Positions 50,049 to 59,751 of a stretch of 64,000 bases of DNA are shown here, in pieces. The translations under genes and the position numbers were made by a program. Position 1 is the stretch's first letter; each line of letters begins with the position of its first letter. The notes under the pieces were generated by a model, which saw nothing but the letters and a program-made list of their open reading frames with translations, had not been told where the DNA came from and did not search any database. Origin of the DNA: Fibrobacterales bacterium. Lineage in GTDB: Bacteria; Fibrobacterota; Fibrobacteria; Fibrobacterales; JAOPTW01. The stretch lies in NCBI GenBank assembly GCA_051532055.1, contig JAOPTX010000007.1, positions 173,212 through 237,211 of the forward strand, read 5' to 3'.

Positions 50049-50330
50049 CTACGCAGCAACCTCTTCTAAAAATTTATTCTGGGCATAATAACCCGCTGCA
50101 ATTTTCTCTTCTACCGACTGTATCTTTCCCTCACGAATATCAGGAAGCGAATCTATTCTCTTTCTGATACTTTCAATCTCCTGATTGAGAATTGACATTT
50201 TACGTCCAGAGTCAGAAATCTCTGCTGAGTCCTGCACTTCCAACGGAGAGTTACTACTGCTCTTCCCTGCCCTCTCATCAAAATAAGAGGGCTTGTTTAC
50301 AGAAGAAGCGCCTACATTTGATATATCCAT
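50049..50330 (-). CDS. flgM: anti-sigma-28 factor FlgM
   Basis: 93 aa with a disordered Ser-rich N-terminus. The C-terminus IDSLPDIREGKIQSVEEKIAAGYY matches the FlgM sigma-28-binding region pattern. Confidence 0.7.
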   Translation of the reverse strand: MDISNVGASSVNKPSYFDERAGKSSSNSPLEVQDSAEISDSGRKMSILNQEIESIRKRIDSLPDIREGKIQSVEEKIAAGYYAQNKFLEEVAA

Positions 50331-50365
50331 GGTAATGAATCCTTGTTTCTCACTATTTACTTATA

Positions 50366-50393
50366 TTTTCGACAGAAAATTAGGCAAACTTGA
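50366..50393 (-). promoter_or_regulatory. candidate sigma-28 (FliA)-type promoter for flgM
   Basis: The minus strand reads TCAA-N16-GTCGAAAA, against the consensus TAAA-N15-GCCGATAA. It ends about 35 nt upstream of the flgM ATG. Confidence 0.3.
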
Positions 50394-50439
50394 TTGCTTA
50401 AATGAAAACCCTGTATGTTAACTACTATTTTACATTACT

Positions 50440-51228
50440 ATGAATAAATTCCTCCAAAAAGCCATCGACCTTGCCCGTGAAGCAGGAGCCCTCGCCCTTG
50501 CAAAACAGCGACATCTCACAGAGATTCACTACAAAGATCCCAAAGACATTGTCACTGATGCCGATATCGCCTGTGACCAATTGATCCGTAGGGGCCTCAT
50601 TGAAGCTTTCCCCGAACATAATATTCTTACCGAAGAACATGGCCTCATTGACAATCAATCAGAGTACACTTGGGTAATCGACCCTATAGACGGCACTGTG
50701 AACTATTCACGAGGCATGCCACTTTGGGGCATATCCATTGGACTTCTCCATAAAGGCATTCCCATTCTTGGTGTCGTAAACCATGCAGCTCTAGACGACC
50801 TTTATACTGCAATTCAAGGAGAAGGCGCATTCTGTAATGGAAGAGCCATATCGGTGAGTACCGTAACTGATACCCATCAGTGTATTATCAATAACGGTGA
50901 CTTCAATGTAGGATCCGGACATAACCCCGAAGCGATCCAAGAGCACACCTTCAAGAACTATCACAACCAAGCCCCTCACTTTCAACGCATGAAAACCTTT
51001 GGATCTGCGGTACTTGAAGCTGGATGGGTTGCATGCGGAAGACTCGACGCCTACTGTATGACTATGTCATTCCCTTGGGATATTGTGGCAATTACCGTAA
51101 TTGTCCAAGAAGCTGGCGGTACGGTAACCAACATGGATGGCTCTCCACTCACAATTGTCGATGGCGCAAAAGTTATTTTTAGCAACAGCCACATCCACAA
51201 TGAAATAGTGAGCATTCTCAATAATTGA
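50440..51228 (+). CDS. inositol monophosphatase family protein (SuhB/CysQ-like)
   Basis: Motifs LTEEHG, WVIDPIDGTVNY and WDIVAITVIVQEAGG. Confidence 0.85.
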   Translation: MNKFLQKAIDLAREAGALALAKQRHLTEIHYKDPKDIVTDADIACDQLIRRGLIEAFPEHNILTEEHGLIDNQSEYTWVIDPIDGTVNYSRGMPLWGISIGLLHKGIPILGVVNHAALDDLYTAIQGEGAFCNGRAISVSTVTDTHQCIINNGDFNVGSGHNPEAIQEHTFKNYHNQAPHFQRMKTFGSAVLEAGWVACGRLDAYCMTMSFPWDIVAITVIVQEAGGTVTNMDGSPLTIVDGAKVIFSNSHIHNEIVSILNN

Positions 51229-51317
51229 CAATTTAAGCAATTAAAGTAAGCATAAAAATCCCCCAAAACCCAATTAAATTCAGTATACTGTATCTACATA
51301 TTTGAATTGGGTCTACT

Positions 51318-53873
51318 ATGTTTTTCCGGAAATTTATTCTCCCTGTAGTGAGCATCTTTATTTTTTGCGCTACCATTCTCACCGCTATTCCTCTTTTTTT
51401 ACCAGAAACAGGCATCAACCTTTTTCTAATCCTTACCCAAAGTATCTGTATCTCACTAGGCGCCGTAGTTACCCTAACCATTTTTGGCTTCATACGGCAG
51501 AAATACCCTAAGAATCAATCAAACAATCAAACAATCACGAAACCATTTCGCAAAATCACCTCTATTCAATATCAATCAGCATCCATTTTTATTCTTCTTT
51601 CAATACTCCCCATGATTGTCATTGGGTTCTTTTTCAACACCCATCTTGAGTCCACATTTAAAGATGAAACCCTTCGCAGCAAACAAGAGAGCCTTCAGTG
51701 GTCCCAACTTGAATTAACCAATACACTGTACACTCTACAACGAACACTTCTCCAGTCAGCGCAGTCCAATGAAGTGAAAAAACTGTTTACCAGAACCCTA
51801 GCTGGAGGCCGGCCCCTCTCGAAGACCGAAATTACAGCCCAGCAAAGTCAAATTTACAACAGCACCTATATCGACCTCTTTACAATACCTATCATTCGCA
51901 CCGATTTTATAAAACCAAATGGTTCGCTCATCTTTAGTTTCGATCACTCCAACTACACCTTTGTACATCAATACTCCTTTAAGCAGACAAACAAAAACAT
52001 AGCTCTTCAGGGCCGCAAACGATCAGCAGGTGAAATCATCCTCCATCAAGAACACCCATCCTCTAATGCCACTCTAAAAGAAAACACCCTGCTACTGCAT
52101 ATCGCTACCCCTGTAGTGAGTAATAAAAAAATTAGCGGTTATATCGTACAACACCTCTCTGTTTATGCACTCCTTTCATCCATTGCAACCATCGCAAACG
52201 AATCCTTCATCATGCTCTCAGATCAAAACTACAACTACTATTATTCTCAATTCAACACAGAGGCATCACAAAAACTCTGGAAAAAATTTTTTGAATGGCC
52301 CCAACAAATACTTCACAACCAAAACAGCTCACTCCAACCAACCGACAATTCAACTTATATCTTTCACGCAACCACTCATATTAATCTGAAAGATCAAAAA
52401 CAAAAATGGCTCATAAGCAGTACCATTAACGCCAATGCCCACATGAAAAAAGCATCACTTTTTAGCACAGTGCTGGTCTCATTTATTATCGGCATGGGAT
52501 GTATTGTCTTTGGACTTTCGATCCTTGTCGCCCACTACTGGAGTACGCCCCTGCTGCAACTATCAGGCGTGGCAGAAAAACTAAAACGAGGCGATTACAC
52601 AGTGCGCTCTTCAATAAATCGGAGTGATGAAATCGGTCTTCTCTCAACGACGTTCAATAGCATGGCCGAAAAGGTTGAGCACTATACCACTGATCTCGAG
52701 AGTACCGTAGCTGAAAGAACGAATCAATATAATCATGCCCGTGAAAAAGCAGAGGCTATTAGTGCAGCAAAAAGTCGGTTCCTCGCTCATATTTCTCAAG
52801 AAATCAGAACACCAATGAACAGCATTGTTGGCTCATCTTCACTCCTTAAAGAGGTACATTTAGATAAGGAGCACAACGGCTATGTTTCTATAATAAACGA
52901 CTCAACTCAAGCGCTTCTCAATGTTGTCAATGACATTATTGACTTTTCGAGAATTGAAAACAATACCCTTGAGATCGAATCCATTCCTTTTCAACTCAAT
53001 ACGATCTTGGAACTCGTCCATGCACATTTTATGCCTCTTGCAGAAGAGAAAGGACTGGCCTTCGTATTACAGACCCCAGAGAAAAACCCAGTAACCCTCA
53101 TTGGTGATGCAACCCGCATAAAACAAGTCCTCTTTAACCTCGTTTCAAATGCCATCAAATTTACTCATACAGGTAGTGTAATATTAGCCGCTGAACACAC
53201 TTTTATTAATGACCACTATATCATTACCTTCATGGTTACCGACACCGGTATTGGTATTCCAGAAAAATATAGAGAAAACATCTTTTTTAGCTTCACTCAG
53301 GCGGAGCCTACCACCGATGAACAATATGGTGGTATCGGACTTGGACTTTCCCTCTGCAAACATCTTACAGAACTGATGGGAGGCACTCTTTCTATCAAAA
53401 GTAAAGAGCAGAGCGGATCAACCTTTACCGTATCCTTAACCTTAAAAGCATCAGATACACAGCTTTCAGAAATGCCGTCACCAGCAATGGATAAGAATCG
53501 TAATTATCAGAAATCAATACTCCTTGTTGAAGACAACAAAGTCAACCAAGTTGTAACCCAAAAGAGCCTCGTACAAATGGGGCTCACCGTCACCATTGCC
53601 GAACAGGGTGAACACGCGCTCGACCTTTTACAAACACACAACTACGATCTCATTTTTATGGACATACAAATGCCTATCATGGACGGACTTACCGCGACAC
53701 GAGCCATACGAGCACAACTAAAACTCACAACACCCATTGTCGCAATGACCGCCCTTGCCCTCAAAGAAAACCGCCTCAAATGCTTTGAAGCGGGGATGGA
53801 TGGCTTTATATCAAAACCACTCACCAAAGAAGATATCATTATTGAATTAGACCGCTGGTTTCATACACAATAA
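51318..53873 (+). CDS. hybrid sensor kinase (TM, large Cache-like extracytoplasmic domain, TM, HAMP, HisKA with non-canonical H-box, HATPase_c, C-terminal REC)
   Basis: The H-box reads FLAHISQEIRTPMNSI (His codon 52788-52790, Gln codon 52797-52799 where the canonical His sits). N-box VSNAIKFT. G-boxes DTGIGIP and GGIGLGLSLCKHL. REC motifs LVEDN, FMDIQMPIMDG, AMTALA and ISKPL. Confidence 0.85.
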   Translation: MFFRKFILPVVSIFIFCATILTAIPLFLPETGINLFLILTQSICISLGAVVTLTIFGFIRQKYPKNQSNNQTITKPFRKITSIQYQSASIFILLSILPMIVIGFFFNTHLESTFKDETLRSKQESLQWSQLELTNTLYTLQRTLLQSAQSNEVKKLFTRTLAGGRPLSKTEITAQQSQIYNSTYIDLFTIPIIRTDFIKPNGSLIFSFDHSNYTFVHQYSFKQTNKNIALQGRKRSAGEIILHQEHPSSNATLKENTLLLHIATPVVSNKKISGYIVQHLSVYALLSSIATIANESFIMLSDQNYNYYYSQFNTEASQKLWKKFFEWPQQILHNQNSSLQPTDNSTYIFHATTHINLKDQKQKWLISSTINANAHMKKASLFSTVLVSFIIGMGCIVFGLSILVAHYWSTPLLQLSGVAEKLKRGDYTVRSSINRSDEIGLLSTTFNSMAEKVEHYTTDLESTVAERTNQYNHAREKAEAISAAKSRFLAHISQEIRTPMNSIVGSSSLLKEVHLDKEHNGYVSIINDSTQALLNVVNDIIDFSRIENNTLEIESIPFQLNTILELVHAHFMPLAEEKGLAFVLQTPEKNPVTLIGDATRIKQVLFNLVSNAIKFTHTGSVILAAEHTFINDHYIITFMVTDTGIGIPEKYRENIFFSFTQAEPTTDEQYGGIGLGLSLCKHLTELMGGTLSIKSKEQSGSTFTVSLTLKASDTQLSEMPSPAMDKNRNYQKSILLVEDNKVNQVVTQKSLVQMGLTVTIAEQGEHALDLLQTHNYDLIFMDIQMPIMDGLTATRAIRAQLKLTTPIVAMTALALKENRLKCFEAGMDGFISKPLTKEDIIIELDRWFHTQ

Positions 53874-53880
53874 CTGAGTA

Positions 53881-55131
53881 CTATGTATTTAACACCTCTT
53901 CACCCTCTGTTTTTGCAATAAGTACTGCACCGCACGAATCACTCCACACATTAACAGAGGTTCTACACATATCTAATATTCTATCCACTGCGAGAATCAA
54001 TCCTATTCCTTCAGCCGGAAGCCCTATTGCCCCAAGAATAATCACAATAGCTACAAGGCTCGCCGAAGGAATGCCCGCAACACCAATAGAAGTGAGGAGC
54101 GCCACCAAAACAATAATAAACTGAGTAGCTATGTCAATTTCAAGCCCATAGGCCTGTGCGATAAACATTGCTGCCACACATTCATAAAGCGCTGTTCCAT
54201 CCATATTAACTGTAGCACCGAGCGGGAGTACAAAACTAGTTACCTTTTTTGAGGCGCCAGATCTTTTCACACACTCCATAGTCTCAGGTAGCGTAGCCGA
54301 TGAAGAACTTGTAGAAAATGCAGTTAACAGTGCTGGACTCATATTGCGAAAATGCAATTTTGGACTGAGACCAAAAAACTTCAACATTACAGGCATACTC
54401 ACAAACATATGAACAAGTAGTGCACCAAGCACGGTAAAAAAGAAGAGTGTGAGAGGTTCAATTGCATCAAGTCCCGTTTTTGAAACCGTCTTCGCGATAA
54501 GTCCAAATACTCCCAAAGGCGCAAAACGCATAACTAAATGGGTCATCTTGAGCATCACTTCATAGATACCATTCCAAAAGGTGAGCTGTAAATCACTATA
54601 CTCCTTTTTGATACGCATCATAAAGAAGCCAAATAAGAGACTAAATGTTATAAGACCAAGCATCTGACCCTTGGCAGCAGCGCTCACTATATTGGGCGGG
54701 ACCATCCTCAGAAAAATTGCAACGATATCAGAAGCACCTTTACCTTCAACTGCCTGTACCTTCGAAGCTGTCATTTCACTAAATCCCAATATTTCTTTGG
54801 CAGGCACCCCATCAATGATACCTGGTTGCGTAATATTGACTATAATTAAGCCCGTTACAATTGCAATAAAACTGGTAAAGGCATAATAACCAACAGTCTT
54901 TAACCCCAATCGTGCAAACCCTTTCTCGGTTCCAATATTCGATATCCCCGATATAATTGCTGACACAATAAGGGGCACTATGAGCATTTTAAGGGCATTT
55001 ATGAAAAATGTGCCTAAGAATTCAAAAGTTGCCAACAAAGCAACAGATTCAATCTCTTTATACAGAAACCCAAAAGGCACCGCCAAGACAATTGCAATTA
55101 AGATCTGCCAATGTAATTTTAACTTTAACAT
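53881..55131 (-). CDS. dicarboxylate/amino acid:cation symporter (DAACS / SLC1 family)
   Basis: Hallmark motifs FSTSSSSATLP, VNMDGTALYE and VDRILDMCRTSVNVWSD; 416 aa, polytopic. Confidence 0.9.
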   Translation of the reverse strand: MLKLKLHWQILIAIVLAVPFGFLYKEIESVALLATFEFLGTFFINALKMLIVPLIVSAIISGISNIGTEKGFARLGLKTVGYYAFTSFIAIVTGLIIVNITQPGIIDGVPAKEILGFSEMTASKVQAVEGKGASDIVAIFLRMVPPNIVSAAAKGQMLGLITFSLLFGFFMMRIKKEYSDLQLTFWNGIYEVMLKMTHLVMRFAPLGVFGLIAKTVSKTGLDAIEPLTLFFFTVLGALLVHMFVSMPVMLKFFGLSPKLHFRNMSPALLTAFSTSSSSATLPETMECVKRSGASKKVTSFVLPLGATVNMDGTALYECVAAMFIAQAYGLEIDIATQFIIVLVALLTSIGVAGIPSASLVAIVIILGAIGLPAEGIGLILAVDRILDMCRTSVNVWSDSCGAVLIAKTEGEEVLNT

Positions 55132-55262
55132 AGATTACCGCTCACTCTGATATATGTTCATTTTAAATAGTATAGTTTAATCAACCCTATCACTTTGGAA
55201 AAATAGTGCTCTGCCCCTTAAGGATAGAGAGTTATTTGCTACATTGAAATCCATACTACCCC

Positions 55263-57182
55263 ATGCAGATCAGGTATATAATGAAAATATTCATACAAAT
55301 CTCCTTAGTATGTATCGCCCTATTCTTCACCACCCACTGTAATCTCTTTGAATCATTCGTTGAAACTGAAGAGAGCAACTATGACAATTTACTGATTAAA
55401 GGTAATGATGCGTTTAGTTCCGGAAAATATGAGTCAGCCTCTCAATATTACGTCGAAGCTCAATCAGCCGATCCTTCACGATCAGAAGCATGGGTCTTCC
55501 ATGCAAAGGCCGTGATGCGCCTCTATGGCCTTGAATACAGCACTATCAATGATGAAATCAAAAGAAAATCTGATGGAGAACTCGGGCTCCCATTTATCAA
55601 TAAGTGTGATGCTTCAAATCTAGACTGTATTGATAGCATCTTTTATCCTATCGCCTTAACCGTTCGAAACTTAGAATACGTTACCAAAGGCACAGACACT
55701 GCAAGCCAAGGAATGATTGGTGAAGAAGTAGTAGTACTAGACGTAGCCCTTCTTCAAGGGATGGCCTCTATGCTTAACCCACTTGATCTTGATAATAATT
55801 TACATATCGACACCCTCTGCGGCTATGACATCTGTGGCTCAAATGCATCTGGTTGTTCCAATAATCCCGCTGGTCTCATGGACTACACATCAAAATGCCC
55901 CTACGGAGCAAAGAGTGAACTCAAGCGATATCAATCATTTAGAACCCTTACCGAAGCACTGAATATTGATGACCTCCAATCAGATGCTATCGAAGCAAAA
56001 GACATTTCACGAAACCCCAATGAGATAAATCAGTTTATCGATGACATAGCACTCCCTGCTAAATCTTCCCGTGATAACCTCGGAAAAGTAAACTCTGCAA
56101 TTGATCAACATGCTGATGATAAATCACTTGGGGAACAACTGAGTGATGTAACCGAGATCATTGATAACCTCGTCTCATTCGTTCAGTATTACAAAAACAA
56201 CGATACCCTCGATAATGATTTCGATTACCCCTCAGAAAATACTCCTGATAGCATAATGACCTGGCATGACTTTGACGGCGACAATAGCATTCGTTATGAC
56301 TACACTGACTCTCTGAGAAACATAGTAGGCGTAACGTCCTTTAAATCTCGGATGGGGTCAATAGGACACCCGGTTCACCGACATGCTCATCCAAGCCTCT
56401 ATTATACTATGGAGGAGTTCGGAGCACAACTCGAATCTAAAACAGATTCCACAACACAGTTTAATCGCACTAAAAACATGGTCGACCACTGTAAATCAGT
56501 CACTCGATCTCAATCGGGTATCAGCAATGACCTTGAAGATCTCATAAAAGACTCAACCTGTACACAAATTTCATCGGTTCTTAAAGAAGGTACGACTCCC
56601 CCAAGCCAAAGTGACTGGATCTCTGGCCCCTTTGGTATTGATGAAGAAATCCTCGATGATTATGATAATGATTTTGATGGTATTAAAAATGAAGATAGCC
56701 GCCTCGCCATTGGAATGGACGACGATACTGACGCTCTATTCGCTACTCAGTCTCCTCACCCTGTTACTCCTATGGTATGGATTGATGGCAATGGCAATAA
56801 TTGCATCGACATCGACACCACCGTGGCACAAGCAAGTACCGAACGAACATTCTGTATCGGCACCCTTGAACACCGCCTCTACCTTGCTCAAAACGTTCCT
56901 GATTCACTCGACGTCTACTACAAACCTTTTGATCTTGATGATCACCCCGATTTTCAAGATGAATGCATGGCAGATGTACTCTTTTTTGAACTCTCTGCAC
57001 TGTTTAGTACAGAGATCATTACCTTAGCCTGCACCGTGGGACATCACTGGGCACTTGATCGGCCGGCGCTATCTGAATGGACCAGTGGCACCTTCGGTAT
57101 TGATGAAGAAAAAATCGATGGCATCGATAATGATGGTGATGGATATATTGATGAAGACGTTTCTGCACTGGAGGTTAACTAA
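55263..57182 (+). CDS. secreted/lipoprotein-like protein with an N-terminal TPR-like segment and two Asp-rich Ca-binding-type repeats
   Basis: Signal peptide ending FFTTHC. Duplicated module SDWISGPFGIDEEILDDYDNDFDGIKNEDS (from 56610) and SEWTSGTFGIDEEKIDGIDNDGDGYIDEDV (from 57072), with a DxDxDG-type motif. Confidence 0.6.
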   Translation: MQIRYIMKIFIQISLVCIALFFTTHCNLFESFVETEESNYDNLLIKGNDAFSSGKYESASQYYVEAQSADPSRSEAWVFHAKAVMRLYGLEYSTINDEIKRKSDGELGLPFINKCDASNLDCIDSIFYPIALTVRNLEYVTKGTDTASQGMIGEEVVVLDVALLQGMASMLNPLDLDNNLHIDTLCGYDICGSNASGCSNNPAGLMDYTSKCPYGAKSELKRYQSFRTLTEALNIDDLQSDAIEAKDISRNPNEINQFIDDIALPAKSSRDNLGKVNSAIDQHADDKSLGEQLSDVTEIIDNLVSFVQYYKNNDTLDNDFDYPSENTPDSIMTWHDFDGDNSIRYDYTDSLRNIVGVTSFKSRMGSIGHPVHRHAHPSLYYTMEEFGAQLESKTDSTTQFNRTKNMVDHCKSVTRSQSGISNDLEDLIKDSTCTQISSVLKEGTTPPSQSDWISGPFGIDEEILDDYDNDFDGIKNEDSRLAIGMDDDTDALFATQSPHPVTPMVWIDGNGNNCIDIDTTVAQASTERTFCIGTLEHRLYLAQNVPDSLDVYYKPFDLDDHPDFQDECMADVLFFELSALFSTEIITLACTVGHHWALDRPALSEWTSGTFGIDEEKIDGIDNDGDGYIDEDVSALEVN

Positions 57183-58255
57183 TGCGTATTACAATAATGA
57201 CCCTTATACTTTTTGCTCAACTCGCTTTGGCAAACCCAATTGACTACTACCGTGGTGAGAAATCTCAGGCGATGGGACAAACTGGGGTCGCCTCTCTGAG
57301 CGGTCACCACTCTCTCTCACTTAACCCTGCACTTCTCGCCAACTATACAAGCTGGAATGTAGATCTCTTCTCTACAATTGGAGTAAATGGCGTCTTAGTC
57401 GACTACGCAGATTGGCTCGTCGATAATTCGAGTAACATTTCAGACTTTGATACACTCATGACCAAACTCGACCCAATTGACAACAAATGGGCCCCTTTTC
57501 TGGTACATGGTGGATTAGGTGTACAAATTAAACAATTTGCCCTTAACTTCACTTGGAATACCTATACACGAGTAGCCATGACCAAAGCTCCTATTACACC
57601 AGTACTCGGCGTTGGAGCGCGCACCAACTTCAAACTTATTTCTGGATATGGCTTAGAGATCAATCCAGGACTCTCTCTAGGTGTTGCACTCTATGGTAAA
57701 TACTCTATCATCTATAAAGATCGCTATCTTGGCACCACCAGTGAAGACTTTTGGACAGTGTACAATACCATGAATAGTGATGATAAAAGTACTTGGTCAA
57801 AAATCACCGTCGCAGAAGAAATCGCCGATACCAAAATGAACTTTGGCGGCAACATAGGAGTCACTAAAGAGATTGGCTCATACATGACTACTGCTTTTTC
57901 TTTGATAGACATTGGAGAGAGTGCCTCTCCAAATCTCGCCTTTAATGCCCACTATCAACTCGGTAAAAGCGACACATTTCACACACTATTTGACGGCAAT
58001 ATTGATTGGCAACAGATGTTTATCAGTGACCATATCTATCAACAATTTAAACTTGGTACGTCAGCATCATTGAGTAATGGCAACAGAAGAGTAGGGTATA
58101 TTGCTGCAGGTTTAAATGATGGGTACCCAACCTTTGGCATTCAAGCAGGATACGGCTTTTATGTAACCTATACCTATTTCACTCAAGAAACAGGAACGTA
58201 TCCAGGGCAGCGCCCACTGACGTTTCACAAACTGACATTAGAAATAGGGATTTAA
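57182..58255 (+). CDS. outer-membrane beta-barrel protein of unknown function (FadL/TraF/PorV-like N-terminal motif)
   Basis: TAATG stop/start overlap with the upstream gene. Signal peptide (LFAQLALA), AMGQTGVASL motif and an alternating amphipathic pattern throughout. Confidence 0.55.
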   Translation: MRITIMTLILFAQLALANPIDYYRGEKSQAMGQTGVASLSGHHSLSLNPALLANYTSWNVDLFSTIGVNGVLVDYADWLVDNSSNISDFDTLMTKLDPIDNKWAPFLVHGGLGVQIKQFALNFTWNTYTRVAMTKAPITPVLGVGARTNFKLISGYGLEINPGLSLGVALYGKYSIIYKDRYLGTTSEDFWTVYNTMNSDDKSTWSKITVAEEIADTKMNFGGNIGVTKEIGSYMTTAFSLIDIGESASPNLAFNAHYQLGKSDTFHTLFDGNIDWQQMFISDHIYQQFKLGTSASLSNGNRRVGYIAAGLNDGYPTFGIQAGYGFYVTYTYFTQETGTYPGQRPLTFHKLTLEIGI

Positions 58256-58737
58256 AGTTCTGGCGGAATGTAGGGTACGGTTCTCAAGCAAAGCCTTGCC
58301 ACTTCTTCCCAGTCTAGATCTTTAGGTTGATTCCCGTTTTTAAGCATTCTCAATTTTGGCAAAAACCGGTTATGTCGGAGTGACTCGAGTACCACCTGTT
58401 TCTCTTTAAAAGGGAGAAAACTGAAATTTTCGATAATATCAGGATGTACCTTTTTCAGGAACTTAAACTGATAGGGTACAGGAAAGTGGTATTTCCAACA
58501 GTCTGTAAGTCCTTGTAAATAAGCATGCCAGTTGATGCCGCCCCGTACGAAAAAAAGCCGTGGCTCTATTGATAACGCATCTGTTGCATCAATCAATGCA
58601 ATATCACTCAGGTACAGGTACTTTATAACCCCTTGTCGCTGAGTAACTGAGCCATCTTCTTCTAACACATCGAGAGTCACCGTTGGCCCATTATAGTAAA
58701 TGGGAGTGCGCTTGGTTTTATTGTTAGAGTGACTCAT
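58252..58737 (-). CDS. hypothetical protein, 161 aa, no family recognised
   Basis: ATG ORF with no signal peptide or TM span. Convergent with and overlapping the barrel gene stop by 4 nt. Confidence 0.5.
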   Translation of the reverse strand: MSHSNNKTKRTPIYYNGPTVTLDVLEEDGSVTQRQGVIKYLYLSDIALIDATDALSIEPRLFFVRGGINWHAYLQGLTDCWKYHFPVPYQFKFLKKVHPDIIENFSFLPFKEKQVVLESLRHNRFLPKLRMLKNGNQPKDLDWEEVARLCLRTVPYIPPEL

Positions 58738-58759
58738 ATCTGCTTAGTTTAAAGGAGTG

Positions 58760-58906
58760 TTACGCCGCCTGTGTCGTAATGCGATTCTTTACAATTCTTT
58801 CATACTCATAAGAAGTTATTGAGACGGCCTTACATACTGCCCCCTTCTCGATGCCAGCTCGAATGAGCGCAGCAGCTAACCCCTCATTATCTCTCACTTT
58901 ATACAT
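58760..58906 (-). CDS. candidate small protein (48 aa), helix-turn-helix-like, not in the supplied ORF track
   Basis: Hand translation: MYKVRDNEGLAAALIRAGIEKGAVCKAVSITSYEYERIVKNRITTQAA. GAGGTG ribosome-binding site 4 nt before the ATG. Ends 22 nt upstream of the 161-aa ORF. Confidence 0.35.
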   Translation of the reverse strand: MYKVRDNEGLAAALIRAGIEKGAVCKAVSITSYEYERIVKNRITTQAA

Positions 58907-58977
58907 ATGCACCTCACTATAGATTCTATGACACAATATAGATTAGTGCACAAGTGTTCACTATCAATTTTTAGTAC

Positions 58978-59637
58978 TTAACTCATTTTTTCACAAAAAT
59001 CTTTACACGCTTGAACAACATCCTCTTGTCCAAAAACCGCGGAACCTGCCACAAAAATATTTGCTCCTGCATCTTGGACCTCTTTAATGTTTTCAAGTTT
59101 GATCCCGCCATCAACTTCGATATCAAGATCAGGTTTCAGGGCGCGAATCGCTTTCACCTTTTCTAAGGTGTAAGGAATAAGTTTTTGACCACCAAAACCA
59201 GGATTCACCGACATGATTAACACCATATCAACAATATCTAAAATCGGTTCAATCGCAGAGATAGGTGTGCCAGGATTGATTGAAACACCAGCCTTTGCAC
59301 CGAGTTCTTTAATAAGATTTATCGTTCTGTCTGCGTGGTTGGTGCTCTCAATTTGAAAGGTGACAATATCGGCTCCAGCCTTTATAAATTCAGGGATGTA
59401 TCGACTTGGCTCATCAATCATTAAATGACAATCAAACGGCAAATCAGTTACTTTTCTTAACCCTTTAATAACAACAGGACCAAAAGAAATATTCGGTACA
59501 AAATGTCCATCCATAATATCGAGATGAATAAAACCGGCACCCCCAAGCTCTGCTTCCTTGATGTCTTTTGCAAGGTTAGAAAAGTCGGCACTTAAAATAC
59601 TGGGTGATAATACAGGAGTTAGTGGCATATTGTACAC
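58978..59637 (-). CDS. rpe: ribulose-phosphate 3-epimerase
   Basis: Motifs IHLDIMDGHFVPNISFG, MSVNPGFGGQ and VDGGI. Confidence 0.9.
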   Translation of the reverse strand: MYNMPLTPVLSPSILSADFSNLAKDIKEAELGGAGFIHLDIMDGHFVPNISFGPVVIKGLRKVTDLPFDCHLMIDEPSRYIPEFIKAGADIVTFQIESTNHADRTINLIKELGAKAGVSINPGTPISAIEPILDIVDMVLIMSVNPGFGGQKLIPYTLEKVKAIRALKPDLDIEVDGGIKLENIKEVQDAGANIFVAGSAVFGQEDVVQACKDFCEKMS

Positions 59638-59751
59638 TTTGGGTTATAAATTTATGTGACACAAAAATAAAAAATTCACACTTTTTTTGCCCAACCCAAT
59701 CGCCATCTATAGTATGTTTTACTTATTAGCACTTCATTTTAGGATATAACC

